This document shows, piece by piece, positions 38,175 through 47,498 of a stretch of DNA of 48,124 bases. This stretch comes from Sedimentisphaerales bacterium (GTDB lineage Bacteria; Planctomycetota; Phycisphaerae; Sedimentisphaerales; SM23-30). Location of the stretch: contig CAXXFK010000014.1 of assembly GCA_963663965.2 (NCBI GenBank), forward strand, positions 1-48,124, written 5' to 3'. How positions within the stretch are numbered: position 1 is the first letter of the stretch; each line of letters starts with the position of its first letter. The notes under the pieces were generated by a model that was not told where the DNA came from, searched no databases, and saw only the letters and a list, made by a program, of their open reading frames with translations. The translations under genes and the position numbers were made by a program.

Positions 38175-38212
38175 AAAAAACCGGCTGAAAAGGCGCTCCC
38201 TTCCCAGCCGGT
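38175..38212 (-). terminator. Terminator after the PEP-CTERM LamG gene
   Basis: Minus strand reads ACCGGCTGGGAAGG..CCTTTTCAGCCGGT followed by a T-run. Confidence 0.75.
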
Positions 38213-38224
38213 GATTCATTTCAA

Positions 38225-39037
38225 TTACTTCTTTCTGCGAATCAATAAAGATCCAACCCCCAGCAACAGCATCGTGGCCGGTTCCGGTACAACATACATA
38301 TCGGCCGCATCACGGGCAATACTGCTGATTCGAACTTCATCGATCAGACCTTCAAAGTTCTCATTACCATAACCGCTGTTAACACGCAGCTCATTGCCAA
38401 TGCAGAAACGGGTCATATCCGCAGCGTCCATATCGACCGCCATCGAAAAGGATCCTACTTCCTGAGCGGCCTCAGCAGTGCCAACCTCAGTCCAGTACAA
38501 CTTCAGATTATCAGCATCACCGGCGTTACCATTATAAGTAACGGCGGCATGATACCATTTGCCGGCTTCATACACAATGCTCGCATCGAAAGCCGGATGC
38601 GCGCCTGACAACTGCTGGAACCGCAGTTGAGTCCCGTTGTTCTGAATCCGGAACTGGAATCCCCGGTCATCCGCGCCGCCATCGTTTTCCCCACAGATAA
38701 TTTCCATGTGGGTAAACAGGCCGATTGGCCCCATGTCCGGCCGTACCAGCGCTTCAAACGTGAATGCACCGTCAGTTCCCGTCAGGCTTGAAATCGCCAC
38801 GGTGTTCAGATCATCACTGGCATAGGGGCCTGTCGCAACCGAGGTGCCATCGTACGTATTCAATACCCCGCCGCTGATCGTGGCGCCATTGTAAACCGAG
38901 ACATTCAATGATCCCGCCGAGTCCGTGCCATCCGCGTCGAAATGGTATAAATGCAAGGTTGAGGAATCCACCTCATATGCGCCGGATACCAATCCGACAG
39001 ACAAACATAAAATTAATAACACCAACAACTGCTTCAT
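38225..39037 (-). CDS. LamG-domain PEP-CTERM surface protein
   Basis: Signal peptide, LamG motifs, and the C-terminus VPEPATMLLLGVGSLLIRRKK. Confidence 0.92.
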   Translation of the reverse strand: MKQLLVLLILCLSVGLVSGAYEVDSSTLHLYHFDADGTDSAGSLNVSVYNGATISGGVLNTYDGTSVATGPYASDDLNTVAISSLTGTDGAFTFEALVRPDMGPIGLFTHMEIICGENDGGADDRGFQFRIQNNGTQLRFQQLSGAHPAFDASIVYEAGKWYHAAVTYNGNAGDADNLKLYWTEVGTAEAAQEVGSFSMAVDMDAADMTRFCIGNELRVNSGYGNENFEGLIDEVRISSIARDAADMYVVPEPATMLLLGVGSLLIRRKK

Positions 39038-39651
39038 CTTCGCATCTCCTGTTATTTTAAGAAATATTTACACCCGCAGGAAACATTCCAGCGGCCAATT
39101 CAGAGTTTTTCCTTCATACAATCGCTCTGTATATAAATAGAATATTCTCCCACAGACACACTCTACTATTTAAAAAACGTACCCCCCCCGAAAATTGGTA
39201 GCAAAAAATCCGATTTTCAGTAAATAATTTAATGCCATTATATCGGACAAAATAGATAGTTCATCGGTTTCATTACCTTAACCAATGCAATGATAATGTA
39301 TTACAACTCCTGTACTGTCCTATAACCGCTGGTTATCCCCTGCTATATTCCCAAGTTAAATCAAACACGCCAATCTTTCCCCTTTTAACTATATTGCCCA
39401 TCCCGCCAATAGTCAACGATTCTGGTTTATCAGGACTGGATTATTAAACAAAATAGATTTGTCTTTGGTGACATTTCGGATCATAATTTACATAAATATC
39501 CAATTTCGGATCGAATGTTATGCTTTTCCAAACCAGACAGAGATTGACAGCGTGACAGATACCAGACTTGGCCTCTTAAACCATGATGAATAGATCACAA
39601 ATGTGATTGTAATAATAACCTGTTACAACTATTTAGAAAGGCTGGTGTTAA

Positions 39652-40515
39652 ATGTTGACGAGACGTTATGTGATGTGCACGGTGTGTCTGGTGCTGTTAG
39701 TCACTGCCGGAATCGGCCTGGCCGGTTCAAAAATCGACGGCTGGGTCATCGATGATTTTGAAAGCTATAGCTCCACGGCAGATATGAAAGCCTCAGGATT
39801 CGGAACCGGCGGCCCCTGGTGGATTCTGCAGGAATTACAGGTCGCTCTCGGGATGATTACCATTCCCCCTGGTACCAATCTCAGTATCGAACTGGTTCAG
39901 GATCCCAACGCCTATGTGGCTAACGGAACCCCGGATGATCCCAACAATCCCGGCCAGGGCGTCGAAATCCATTATGATATTACCTCGGGAATATCGTGCG
40001 ATCTGTTTCGATTCACCAATACCATGGGGATACCCTATGATCTCATCGCCACCGGGATGCCGGCGCCGCTGGATTACCTGCCGATTGCCGATTTTACCCA
40101 ATATGACAAACTCTCTTTTAAGGTGATGAATTTACCCGGCAATGACCAGGGCAATACGAACAATTTCACCGTCGCTTTAGTCGGTCCGGATACCAAAGCG
40201 ATCGGTAACTATCGTTGGTCCACCGAAGATGGAAATTGTTTTGAATACCCCGAGAATGTCTGGATGATTGTGGAACTCGACCTGAAAAACGGTATGGAAC
40301 CGGGCGATTCCAGTTTCGGGCCCGATATGGTCTCGGGCATCACCCTGGGAACCTACGACCGTGGCGGGACATATGTCACCTATATCATCGATGATATTAT
40401 GTTATCTAACCAATCCGTACCCTGCCCAGACTACTCACCGGCCGACGTCAATCTGGATTGCAGCGTCAATCTGGAAGACCTGATGGCGCTAACCTTAGAC
40501 TGGCTGAGTTTATAA
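39652..40515 (+). CDS. Secreted protein with a carbohydrate-binding-like fold and a dockerin-like tag
   Basis: Signal peptide, IDDFESY...DFTQYDKLSF...YIIDDIML, and PADVNLDCSVNLEDL..DWL. Confidence 0.85.
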   Translation: MLTRRYVMCTVCLVLLVTAGIGLAGSKIDGWVIDDFESYSSTADMKASGFGTGGPWWILQELQVALGMITIPPGTNLSIELVQDPNAYVANGTPDDPNNPGQGVEIHYDITSGISCDLFRFTNTMGIPYDLIATGMPAPLDYLPIADFTQYDKLSFKVMNLPGNDQGNTNNFTVALVGPDTKAIGNYRWSTEDGNCFEYPENVWMIVELDLKNGMEPGDSSFGPDMVSGITLGTYDRGGTYVTYIIDDIMLSNQSVPCPDYSPADVNLDCSVNLEDLMALTLDWLSL

Positions 40516-40680
40516 CAGTGTGATTTTAACAGAATGTAATTTCATAAAATGGCCGGACGACTCATCCCGTTCCGGCCTGTCCTCTGTTTGAATTCTTAAA
40601 TATTCACTCAAATATTATTTATGTTTCATAAAGCCTGGATTAATAACCTTACAATCTTGTTTTTTTCAATATTTGAACTA

Positions 40681-40797
40681 AGAGTGCCTGATAAAATGAT
40701 TTTTTCTAGCGAGGCGAGCGAAAAAGTTGTCGGCAAAGTCGCAGCAGACAACTTTTGCAGCCGGTCGCATTAGAAAACTTATTTTATGAGGGAATCT
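40681..40797. repeat. Palindromic MITE/REP-like element, copy 1
   Basis: Imperfect ~27-bp terminal IRs (AGAGTGCCTGATAAAATGATTTTTTCTA / TAGAAAACTTATTTTATGAGGGAATCT) and a perfect inner IR (AAAAGTTGTC / GACAACTTTT). Confidence 0.8.
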
Positions 40798-40912
40798 AAA
40801 CCTCAAACAAAAATTGATTAGTTTTCTTTTTGACTAAATAATATCTTTTTGATATATTGAATGCTCGGTTATTTGAAATATCATTTTATTAAATTTTGCG
40901 AGGAGGCAAAAA

Positions 40913-41707
40913 ATGAAAAAATGGCAGTTTTTGTTGGTCGTATTAGTTGCTCTATCTGGTCTGTCGCATGCTGCTATGGTAGGTTTTTCTCCGGTAGAAG
41001 GCTACACGACTGACAATTTACAGGGTCAGCCTGGTAGCGGTAGTGTCTGGAATTGTACAGAGAATAACAGTCTCTATATCTTTCGGGTAAAGACTGAAAC
41101 AACTAACGCCCATACAGATTATCTGAATATTGCTCTGTCCTATGTTCACGGTACCGGCGATGACAATATTATTGACTATGCGACAAAACGCATGGAACCT
41201 GTTACTGGCTCTTTCAGCGCTGGTTACTGTTTTTACTATACTGCCTATGCCCATAATATCGGTGACGAAACCTGTATCGCTCTGGGTCAATCAAACGACT
41301 CCAATTGGGGCGTTTATCTTGGCGCCAATAAAACCAGTGCAGGATCCCTCGCCTATCATGATGGTAACGGCTGGAACGAAATCGTAACTGGATTACGTAC
41401 TCAAAAATGGTATTCCGTTATAATCAATGGCAATACGGATACCGGATTATTCGACCTGACGATTTATCAGGAGGATCTCATGGACAACCAGAATGCTACT
41501 GCCGGATTACTGGCAGAAGCCATAGGTTTGAGTTTCCGTGATAATCCGGATACCTTGGCGTACGTCATGCTTACGAACTTGGGATCCACTCAGGATACCG
41601 GGGGTTATAATCATCTCTATGACGATCTTTATCTGATACCTGAACCCGCCACGCTGACCATTTTTGGAGTGGGCGCATTGCTGATATTACGTCGTCGTTC
41701 ATCATAA
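40913..41707 (+). CDS. PEP-CTERM surface protein, AT-rich
   Basis: GAGGAGG RBS, signal peptide, and the C-terminus IPEPATLTIFGVGALLILRRRSS. Confidence 0.92.
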   Translation: MKKWQFLLVVLVALSGLSHAAMVGFSPVEGYTTDNLQGQPGSGSVWNCTENNSLYIFRVKTETTNAHTDYLNIALSYVHGTGDDNIIDYATKRMEPVTGSFSAGYCFYYTAYAHNIGDETCIALGQSNDSNWGVYLGANKTSAGSLAYHDGNGWNEIVTGLRTQKWYSVIINGNTDTGLFDLTIYQEDLMDNQNATAGLLAEAIGLSFRDNPDTLAYVMLTNLGSTQDTGGYNHLYDDLYLIPEPATLTIFGVGALLILRRRSS

Positions 41708-41757
41708 CGACAGAAGATTGCTTTCCATTAACAATCCTCTAACTCTGCTCCCAACTC

Positions 41758-41960
41758 AGAGTGCCTGGCAAAATGATTTTTGTAGCGAGACCGGGCGAAA
41801 AAGTGGTCAACAAGGTCGAAGTTCCGCTTCAGGCGGGCGGCAGGGATCAATCACCCGCTGGCATTCCTTTTATGGGGAGGCGAGGAAGTTTGGTCCCGAG
41901 ATCCTAGCGGACAACTTTTACAGCCGGTTCAAGTAGAAAACTCATTTTGTTATGGGTTCA
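41758..41960. repeat. Palindromic MITE/REP-like element, copy 2, with an ~85 bp insertion in the loop
   Basis: AGAGTGCCTGGCAAAATGATTTTTGTAGCGAG..GCGAAAAAGTGGTC ... GACAACTTTTACAGCCGG..TAGAAAACTCATTTTGT aligns with copy 1 in the same orientation. Confidence 0.8.
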
Positions 41961-42281
41961 AAGTAATGGAGTAAACGGCATGATGTCTAGTCAGAGATAG
42001 TAAACTGCCATGAGTCGTATCTGGATTTCCATGACCCTTATAATGCACTCCTACCGTTTTCTTCATTGCTCATTCTTTATTGCATACCCAATTGGCTGAT
42101 AACAGAAAACAAGAAACATAATCCAGCAGCTTCTGGGCCGACCATTTATTATCAGGGCATTACTTTACCAAATTCCCCATATCCCTATTTTTATATTGGT
42201 GATACCAGTCCGATAGGTTAAATTAAATGATGATATCCGGCCAGGTTGGCCGGGCGAGCCTGCATACTGGAGGTTTCTATC

Positions 42282-42551
42282 ATGGCCAAGGCACATGTTG
42301 ATCCCGATGAACTCAAACGGTTCGCGCGCGATCTCAACCGCTTCAACAACGATCTGGAAGGCCTCATGGGCGGCCTGCACCTCAAGCTGATGAATCTGGA
42401 AAAAACCTGGCAGGATCAGGAACAGCGTAAATTTTCCGCTGAATTTGAACTCACCATGAAAACCCTTGCCAGATTCCTCGATGTCAGCCGTCAGCATGTC
42501 GCGTTTCTGGTAAAAAAATCCCGCCATATCGAAGAATACCTCGGTCAATAG
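42282..42551 (+). CDS. WXG100 (ESAT-6-like) family protein, 89 aa
   Basis: GGAGG RBS, AHVDPDELKRFARDL N-terminus, central W-Q-D turn, and helix-turn-helix size. Confidence 0.88.
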   Translation: MAKAHVDPDELKRFARDLNRFNNDLEGLMGGLHLKLMNLEKTWQDQEQRKFSAEFELTMKTLARFLDVSRQHVAFLVKKSRHIEEYLGQ

Positions 42552-42560
42552 GAGCCCATC

Positions 42561-43157
42561 ATGTCAAGAATGGCCAAAGTTGGTTCGATTCAGGACTTAA
42601 TGGACTTCCGCGCTTCGCTGGCCAAGTTCATCCAGGCCGCCTCCGCCACCCTGGATGAGTCGCTCGGCGAGATCCGCCGCATCGAAAACTGGCTCAAGAA
42701 CGAACAGCCCGCCTACTGGAAAAAAAAGGAAATGTTCCTGACCGATAAAGTCACCCAGATCCGCCAGGATCTCAGCCGCAAACAGCAGCTGGATAGCGTC
42801 GGTCCGGTCCAGTCCCGTAAATCCTATGTCGACGAAAAACAGGCCCTCGAAAAAGCCAGACGCCTCCTGGAAGAAACTCAGGAAAAACTCAAAAATACCA
42901 AACGCTGGTCGGTGATTGTCGAACGCGAAGCCTCGATCTATCGCGGCATGACCAATGACCTGCGTGATATGCTCGAAGTCAAACTGCCCAACGCCCGGGC
43001 CCAGCTGGATAATATGGTCATGGCGCTCGAAGCCTATGCCGCCGTTGCCGAAGAGGAGGACCAGACCGGACCGGCGATGGTCTTCGATGAGGAACTTGAA
43101 TCGGATCAGCCGGATGACCAGTCAGAAAAAGAACCCAAACCGAAGGAGAAATCCTGA
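42561..43157 (+). CDS. Helical coiled-coil protein with an acidic tail (T7SS-like locus)
   Basis: AGGAG RBS, all-helical sequence with WL..EQPAYW, translationally coupled to the next gene. Confidence 0.85.
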   Translation: MSRMAKVGSIQDLMDFRASLAKFIQAASATLDESLGEIRRIENWLKNEQPAYWKKKEMFLTDKVTQIRQDLSRKQQLDSVGPVQSRKSYVDEKQALEKARRLLEETQEKLKNTKRWSVIVEREASIYRGMTNDLRDMLEVKLPNARAQLDNMVMALEAYAAVAEEEDQTGPAMVFDEELESDQPDDQSEKEPKPKEKS

Positions 43158-43369
43158 TGGCAATCAGCGGCAGCCACGCACGATTGAAAAAAGCCATGAC
43201 CGAACTCATGGTTCACTGGCACAATCTCCGGGGTTCCTGGCGCGACGCCAAGGCCGATGAGTTTGAAAAAACGGTTCTCGATCCGCTCCAGGCCCAGGTC
43301 CGCAAAGTGCAAACCGCCATGGAACAGATCGACTCGATCCTGAACAGCGCCCAGCACGATTGTGAATAA
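43157..43369 (+). CDS. Short WXG100-like helical hairpin protein (70 aa)
   Basis: AAGGAG RBS and TGATG overlap. The W-R-D-x-x-x-x-x-F motif (SWRDAKADEF) parallels TWQDQEQRKF in the first gene. Confidence 0.8.
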   Translation: MAISGSHARLKKAMTELMVHWHNLRGSWRDAKADEFEKTVLDPLQAQVRKVQTAMEQIDSILNSAQHDCE

Positions 43370-43445
43370 AATGATTGTCTGCTATCGGCCAGCCGATATG
43401 TGTAAAGAAGCAAACTGAGCACAATATTTTAAATGTAAGTAATTT

Positions 43446-46400
43446 ATGAGACTATCCAGCCCTGAACCTATCGATAATAATAATCTGAATACTCCACAGG
43501 ATCGGTTTAATGAATACCTGGCGGATCAACCGGATCCGTTAGGGGATGATTATCATGTTTTGCTCCATGCCGGCCTGCGTGAACTGGCCCGTCTGGCCGC
43601 CCCGGTCGTCGATCCTATTACCAGCGAAATCGAATCCCAATGGCAGGCCGACAGCAAAACCGCCCGTGAAAAACATGAAAAACTCAGTACGGCAGCCCAG
43701 GCGGAATACCACCAGCGTATCGCCTCAATCGAATCGGAGAAACGTCAGGCGCTGGAAAAACATGCCCGCCACTACGACCAGCATCGACGCCAACTGACTG
43801 ATCATGCCGAAGATGAACTCGAAACCCTGGAATCCCAGGCCAAAGCCCAACTACGCGACGCCGCCCAGGATCGGGATTATGAACTGATGACCGCCGATAC
43901 GGTCGCCAGGGAATCCCTGGCCAAAGCGCGGCATGACCATAATGTCTTTACTGAACAAATTATCCCCCAGGCTCGTGAACTGATGGACAGCCTGGAAAGC
44001 CGGGCCAACGCCCTGTTCCAGAAATACCGGCCTCTCGTCGGTAAGAGGATCACCTCTGAGCCATCTGCCACGCCAACAGACCATAACGAACCTCCTGCCC
44101 CGACTCCCGCTGAACCGGAAGATGCCGCGGCAGTATTCCGCGCCCAGCGCGAAGAAGCCGGCGCACAGATCGAAAAACTCGACCGGATGGTCCTGCCCCG
44201 GTTATTTGTCGGGCTCTGGCCCTGGCTGCTGCCCCTGCTGATCTCGGGATTGGCTGTTGGCGCGGCCTGGGCGCTCGAATTCCTGCAAATCCTGAATATC
44301 CCGCCCTTTAAAACCGGCGGCCCGATCTTCGGGATCATCGCCTTTGTTCTCGTGATGGGCTTGGGAATCCTGCTGCGTAAAAAAGCCGTCCAATCCATTC
44401 GCAAAATTTATCTTCCGCTGCAAATCCAGCTGCAACAGGCTCATCGCGCGATGGAACTGCACATCGATCGAACCGAAAATGAATACCAGCGTATCTTCGT
44501 CAGTATCAAAACCAAACGGGATGAGACCGTGGCACACCACACTGCCCGGTTCGATGAAATCAGAAAAAAACTGAGCGAAGATCTCCATAATCATAAAACA
44601 AAAATTCAACATAAACTGAAAGAAGCCCTTGAAAAAATCGAACAGCAGCATCGCCAGGCGACCGCCGAAATCGAACAACGCTCTCAAGCCGGTTTGAAAC
44701 ACGCTGAAACGGATATGGGACAAAAACGCATCGAATTAAAAAAACAATTCGAAACGGAAACCGCTGATCAAAAAATCAAGTATGATCTCGCCTACCAGAA
44801 ATTGTCCGAACGCTGGCAGAACGGCCTGGATCGAATCGTGGCCCTGCTGGATCGGATCGACAGCCTGCACGATACCGTCCGTCAATCCTGGGATGATCCC
44901 AACTGGCCCGACTGGATGCCCGATACCACCAGTACGGGGGTTATCCGCTTCGGCGAATTCCACCCGGATTGGAACGCGCTTTCTCAATCTGTCATGACGC
45001 GTATGACGGTCGATCCCCGCTGCCTTGCCGCGCCGGCCGTTCCTGCAGTATTGGATTTCCCCGATCATGGCTGTCTGTTATTCGAATACCGCCGCGAAGG
45101 CCGCGATCTGGCCATGTCCGCGCTCAAAGCCGCCGTTGCCCGCCTGGCAGTCTCCCTGCCGCCGGGCCGGGCCCGCTTTACCCTGATCGATCCGGTGGGC
45201 CTGGGTGAAAACTTCGCCGGTTTTATGCATCTGGCTGACTACGAAGAAGCCCTGATCGGTGGCCGCATCTGGACCGAGCCGCAACAGATCCAGCAGCAGC
45301 TCAGCGACCTGACCGGACACATGGAAAACGTCATCCAGAAATACCTCCGCAACGAATACGAAACCATCGATGAATACAACCGCCAGGCCGGCGAACTGGC
45401 CGAGCCCTACCGCTTCCTGATCATCGCCGATTTCCCCGCCAAGATCAGCGAAGAAGCCGCCCGACGGCTCAGCAGTATTATCGCCAGTGGCCCCCGTTGC
45501 GGGGTCTTTACCCTGATCGCCTGCGACAGCCGCGAAAAACTGCCCGAAGGTGTTCGCCTCGAAGATATCGAAGCCCATAGCCTGGTCATCCGTCATAAAG
45601 ATGACAATTTCGTTTACAACCATGCGGTTCTGGGCGCTATCCCGCTGAGCCTGGATCAGGCGCCCAGAGATGAACTGCTGACTGACCTCATGCAAAAAGT
45701 CGGACGCGGGGCGCGCGAAACCAACCGGGTCGAAGTCCCCTTCCAGTCCATTGCACCGGCTGCCGATCGCATGTGGTCATTGCATAGTAACAAAATCCTC
45801 ACCGTTCCGGTCGGACGCACCGGCGCCACGCGCCGCCAGCAGTTTACCCTCGGCAAAGGCGTCGCCCAGCACGCCCTGATCGGTGGTAAAACCGGTTCCG
45901 GTAAATCCACCCTGCTGCATGTATTAATTACCAATCTGGCCCTGTGGTATAGCCCGGACGAAGTCGAAATGTACCTGATCGACTTCAAAAAAGGCGTTGA
46001 GTTCAAAACCTACGTCACCCACGCCCTGCCCCATGCCCGGGCCGTCGCGATCGAAAGCGACCGCGAATTCGGTTTGAGTATCCTGCGCCAGATCGAAGCT
46101 GAGATGACCCGCCGCGGTGAAATGTTCCGTCGCGCCGGTGTCCAGGACCTCGCCGGCTGGCGCGAAGAATCTAAACAATCCATGCCCCGCATTTTATTAA
46201 TTGTGGATGAATTCCAGGTCTTCTTCAGTGAAGATGACAAACTGGCCCAGGATGCCGCCCTGCTCCTCGAACAACTGGTTCGCCAGGGCCGCGCTTTCGG
46301 CATCCATGTCGTCCTCGGCTCCCAGACCCTCGCCGGTACCTCCGGTCTCGCTCGCGGTACACTCGGCCAGATCGCCGTGCGTGTCGCCCTGCAATGTTCT

Positions 46401-47471
46401 GAAATGGACTCCCAACTGATTCTCGATGACAACAATACCGCCGCCCGTCTGCTGGGCCGTCCCGGCGAGGCGATCTATAACGATGCCGGTGGTCTGATCC
46501 AGGGCAACAGCCCCTTCCAGGTCTCCTGGCTGGATGATGACCAGCGCGATGACTATCTCAGCGAAGTCAATCGGCGCTATCAGCAAACCGGCAAACCGCC
46601 TCGCTCCATGATTGTCTTCGAAGGCAATATCCCTTCCGACATCCGCAAGAACCGACCTCTGGCCGAGTCTCTCCACACCACTCCACCGCAGATGCCGCTG
46701 ACGTCTCAAGCCTGGATCGGCGATCCGGTCGCGATCAAAGAACCCACCGCCGTCACCTTCCAGCGTCACAGTGGCTCCAATGCCATGATCGTCGGTCAAC
46801 GGGATGAATCCGTTCTGGCCATGCTCGCCGCCATGCAGCTATCCCTGGCCGCCCAGTATCCCACAAAATCCGTCAGTTTTTATGTCTTCGACGGGATGCC
46901 GGCCGATTCCAACCTGGCCGGCCAACTCCAAGCCATCGGCCAGTATATCCCCCGTTCCATCACTCATGTGGAATGGCGCGACGTCGAATCCACGATCGCT
47001 GAAATCGCCGGCGAAGTCGCCCGTCGCCAAGAAAAGGACCAGTTTGACGCCCCGGCTATTTTCATCATGATCTACGGCATGCAGCGCTACCGCATGCTGC
47101 GCAAAGCCGACGATGACTTCAGCTTCTCTATGGACGATGGGCCCAAACCGGCCAAGCCGGATAAACAGTTCGCCGAAATCCTGCGTGAAGGCCCCGCCGT
47201 TGGTGTCCACACCATTATCTGGTCCGATACCATGGCTACCCTCGAACGGACCTTTGACCGAAATTCCATGCGTGAATTTGACAACCGGATCCTCTTCCAG
47301 CTCAGCGCCTCCGACTCCAGCAATCTGATCGACACCCCTGCCGCCAATCAGCTCGGCCAGCATCGCGCCCTGCTCTACAGCGAAGAACACGGCACAATCG
47401 AAAAATTCCGCCCCTATGCGATTCCCCCCCTCGACTGGCTCAAAGACGCCTTTAAACCAGTCGGATCTTAA
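43446..47471 (+). CDS. FtsK/SpoIIIE-family ATPase (EccC/EssC-like) with coiled coils and two TM helices
   Basis: Walker A GGKTGSGKS (45882-45908), LIDFKKGVEF, Walker B LLIVDEFQ and RQGRAFGIH. Degenerate ATPase repeats flank it (LIDPVGLG..LIIADFP..SGPRCGV and EGPAVGVH). Confidence 0.92.
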   Translation: MRLSSPEPIDNNNLNTPQDRFNEYLADQPDPLGDDYHVLLHAGLRELARLAAPVVDPITSEIESQWQADSKTAREKHEKLSTAAQAEYHQRIASIESEKRQALEKHARHYDQHRRQLTDHAEDELETLESQAKAQLRDAAQDRDYELMTADTVARESLAKARHDHNVFTEQIIPQARELMDSLESRANALFQKYRPLVGKRITSEPSATPTDHNEPPAPTPAEPEDAAAVFRAQREEAGAQIEKLDRMVLPRLFVGLWPWLLPLLISGLAVGAAWALEFLQILNIPPFKTGGPIFGIIAFVLVMGLGILLRKKAVQSIRKIYLPLQIQLQQAHRAMELHIDRTENEYQRIFVSIKTKRDETVAHHTARFDEIRKKLSEDLHNHKTKIQHKLKEALEKIEQQHRQATAEIEQRSQAGLKHAETDMGQKRIELKKQFETETADQKIKYDLAYQKLSERWQNGLDRIVALLDRIDSLHDTVRQSWDDPNWPDWMPDTTSTGVIRFGEFHPDWNALSQSVMTRMTVDPRCLAAPAVPAVLDFPDHGCLLFEYRREGRDLAMSALKAAVARLAVSLPPGRARFTLIDPVGLGENFAGFMHLADYEEALIGGRIWTEPQQIQQQLSDLTGHMENVIQKYLRNEYETIDEYNRQAGELAEPYRFLIIADFPAKISEEAARRLSSIIASGPRCGVFTLIACDSREKLPEGVRLEDIEAHSLVIRHKDDNFVYNHAVLGAIPLSLDQAPRDELLTDLMQKVGRGARETNRVEVPFQSIAPAADRMWSLHSNKILTVPVGRTGATRRQQFTLGKGVAQHALIGGKTGSGKSTLLHVLITNLALWYSPDEVEMYLIDFKKGVEFKTYVTHALPHARAVAIESDREFGLSILRQIEAEMTRRGEMFRRAGVQDLAGWREESKQSMPRILLIVDEFQVFFSEDDKLAQDAALLLEQLVRQGRAFGIHVVLGSQTLAGTSGLARGTLGQIAVRVALQCSEMDSQLILDDNNTAARLLGRPGEAIYNDAGGLIQGNSPFQVSWLDDDQRDDYLSEVNRRYQQTGKPPRSMIVFEGNIPSDIRKNRPLAESLHTTPPQMPLTSQAWIGDPVAIKEPTAVTFQRHSGSNAMIVGQRDESVLAMLAAMQLSLAAQYPTKSVSFYVFDGMPADSNLAGQLQAIGQYIPRSITHVEWRDVESTIAEIAGEVARRQEKDQFDAPAIFIMIYGMQRYRMLRKADDDFSFSMDDGPKPAKPDKQFAEILREGPAVGVHTIIWSDTMATLERTFDRNSMREFDNRILFQLSASDSSNLIDTPAANQLGQHRALLYSEEHGTIEKFRPYAIPPLDWLKDAFKPVGS

Positions 47472-47498
47472 AAGATGGTCTCAGAACATAAGGCATCT

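Noticed and set aside
42085..42165. Possible third copy of the palindromic repeat (CTGATAA...TTATCAG)
   Set aside because: Only a 7-bp match, and the internal AAAAGTTGTC/GACAACTTTT core is absent.
42900..43369. Canonical YxxxD/E T7SS secretion signal in the small helical proteins
   Set aside because: The spacing does not fit (YAAVAE is Y-x4-E), and no exact motif occurs at the C-termini.
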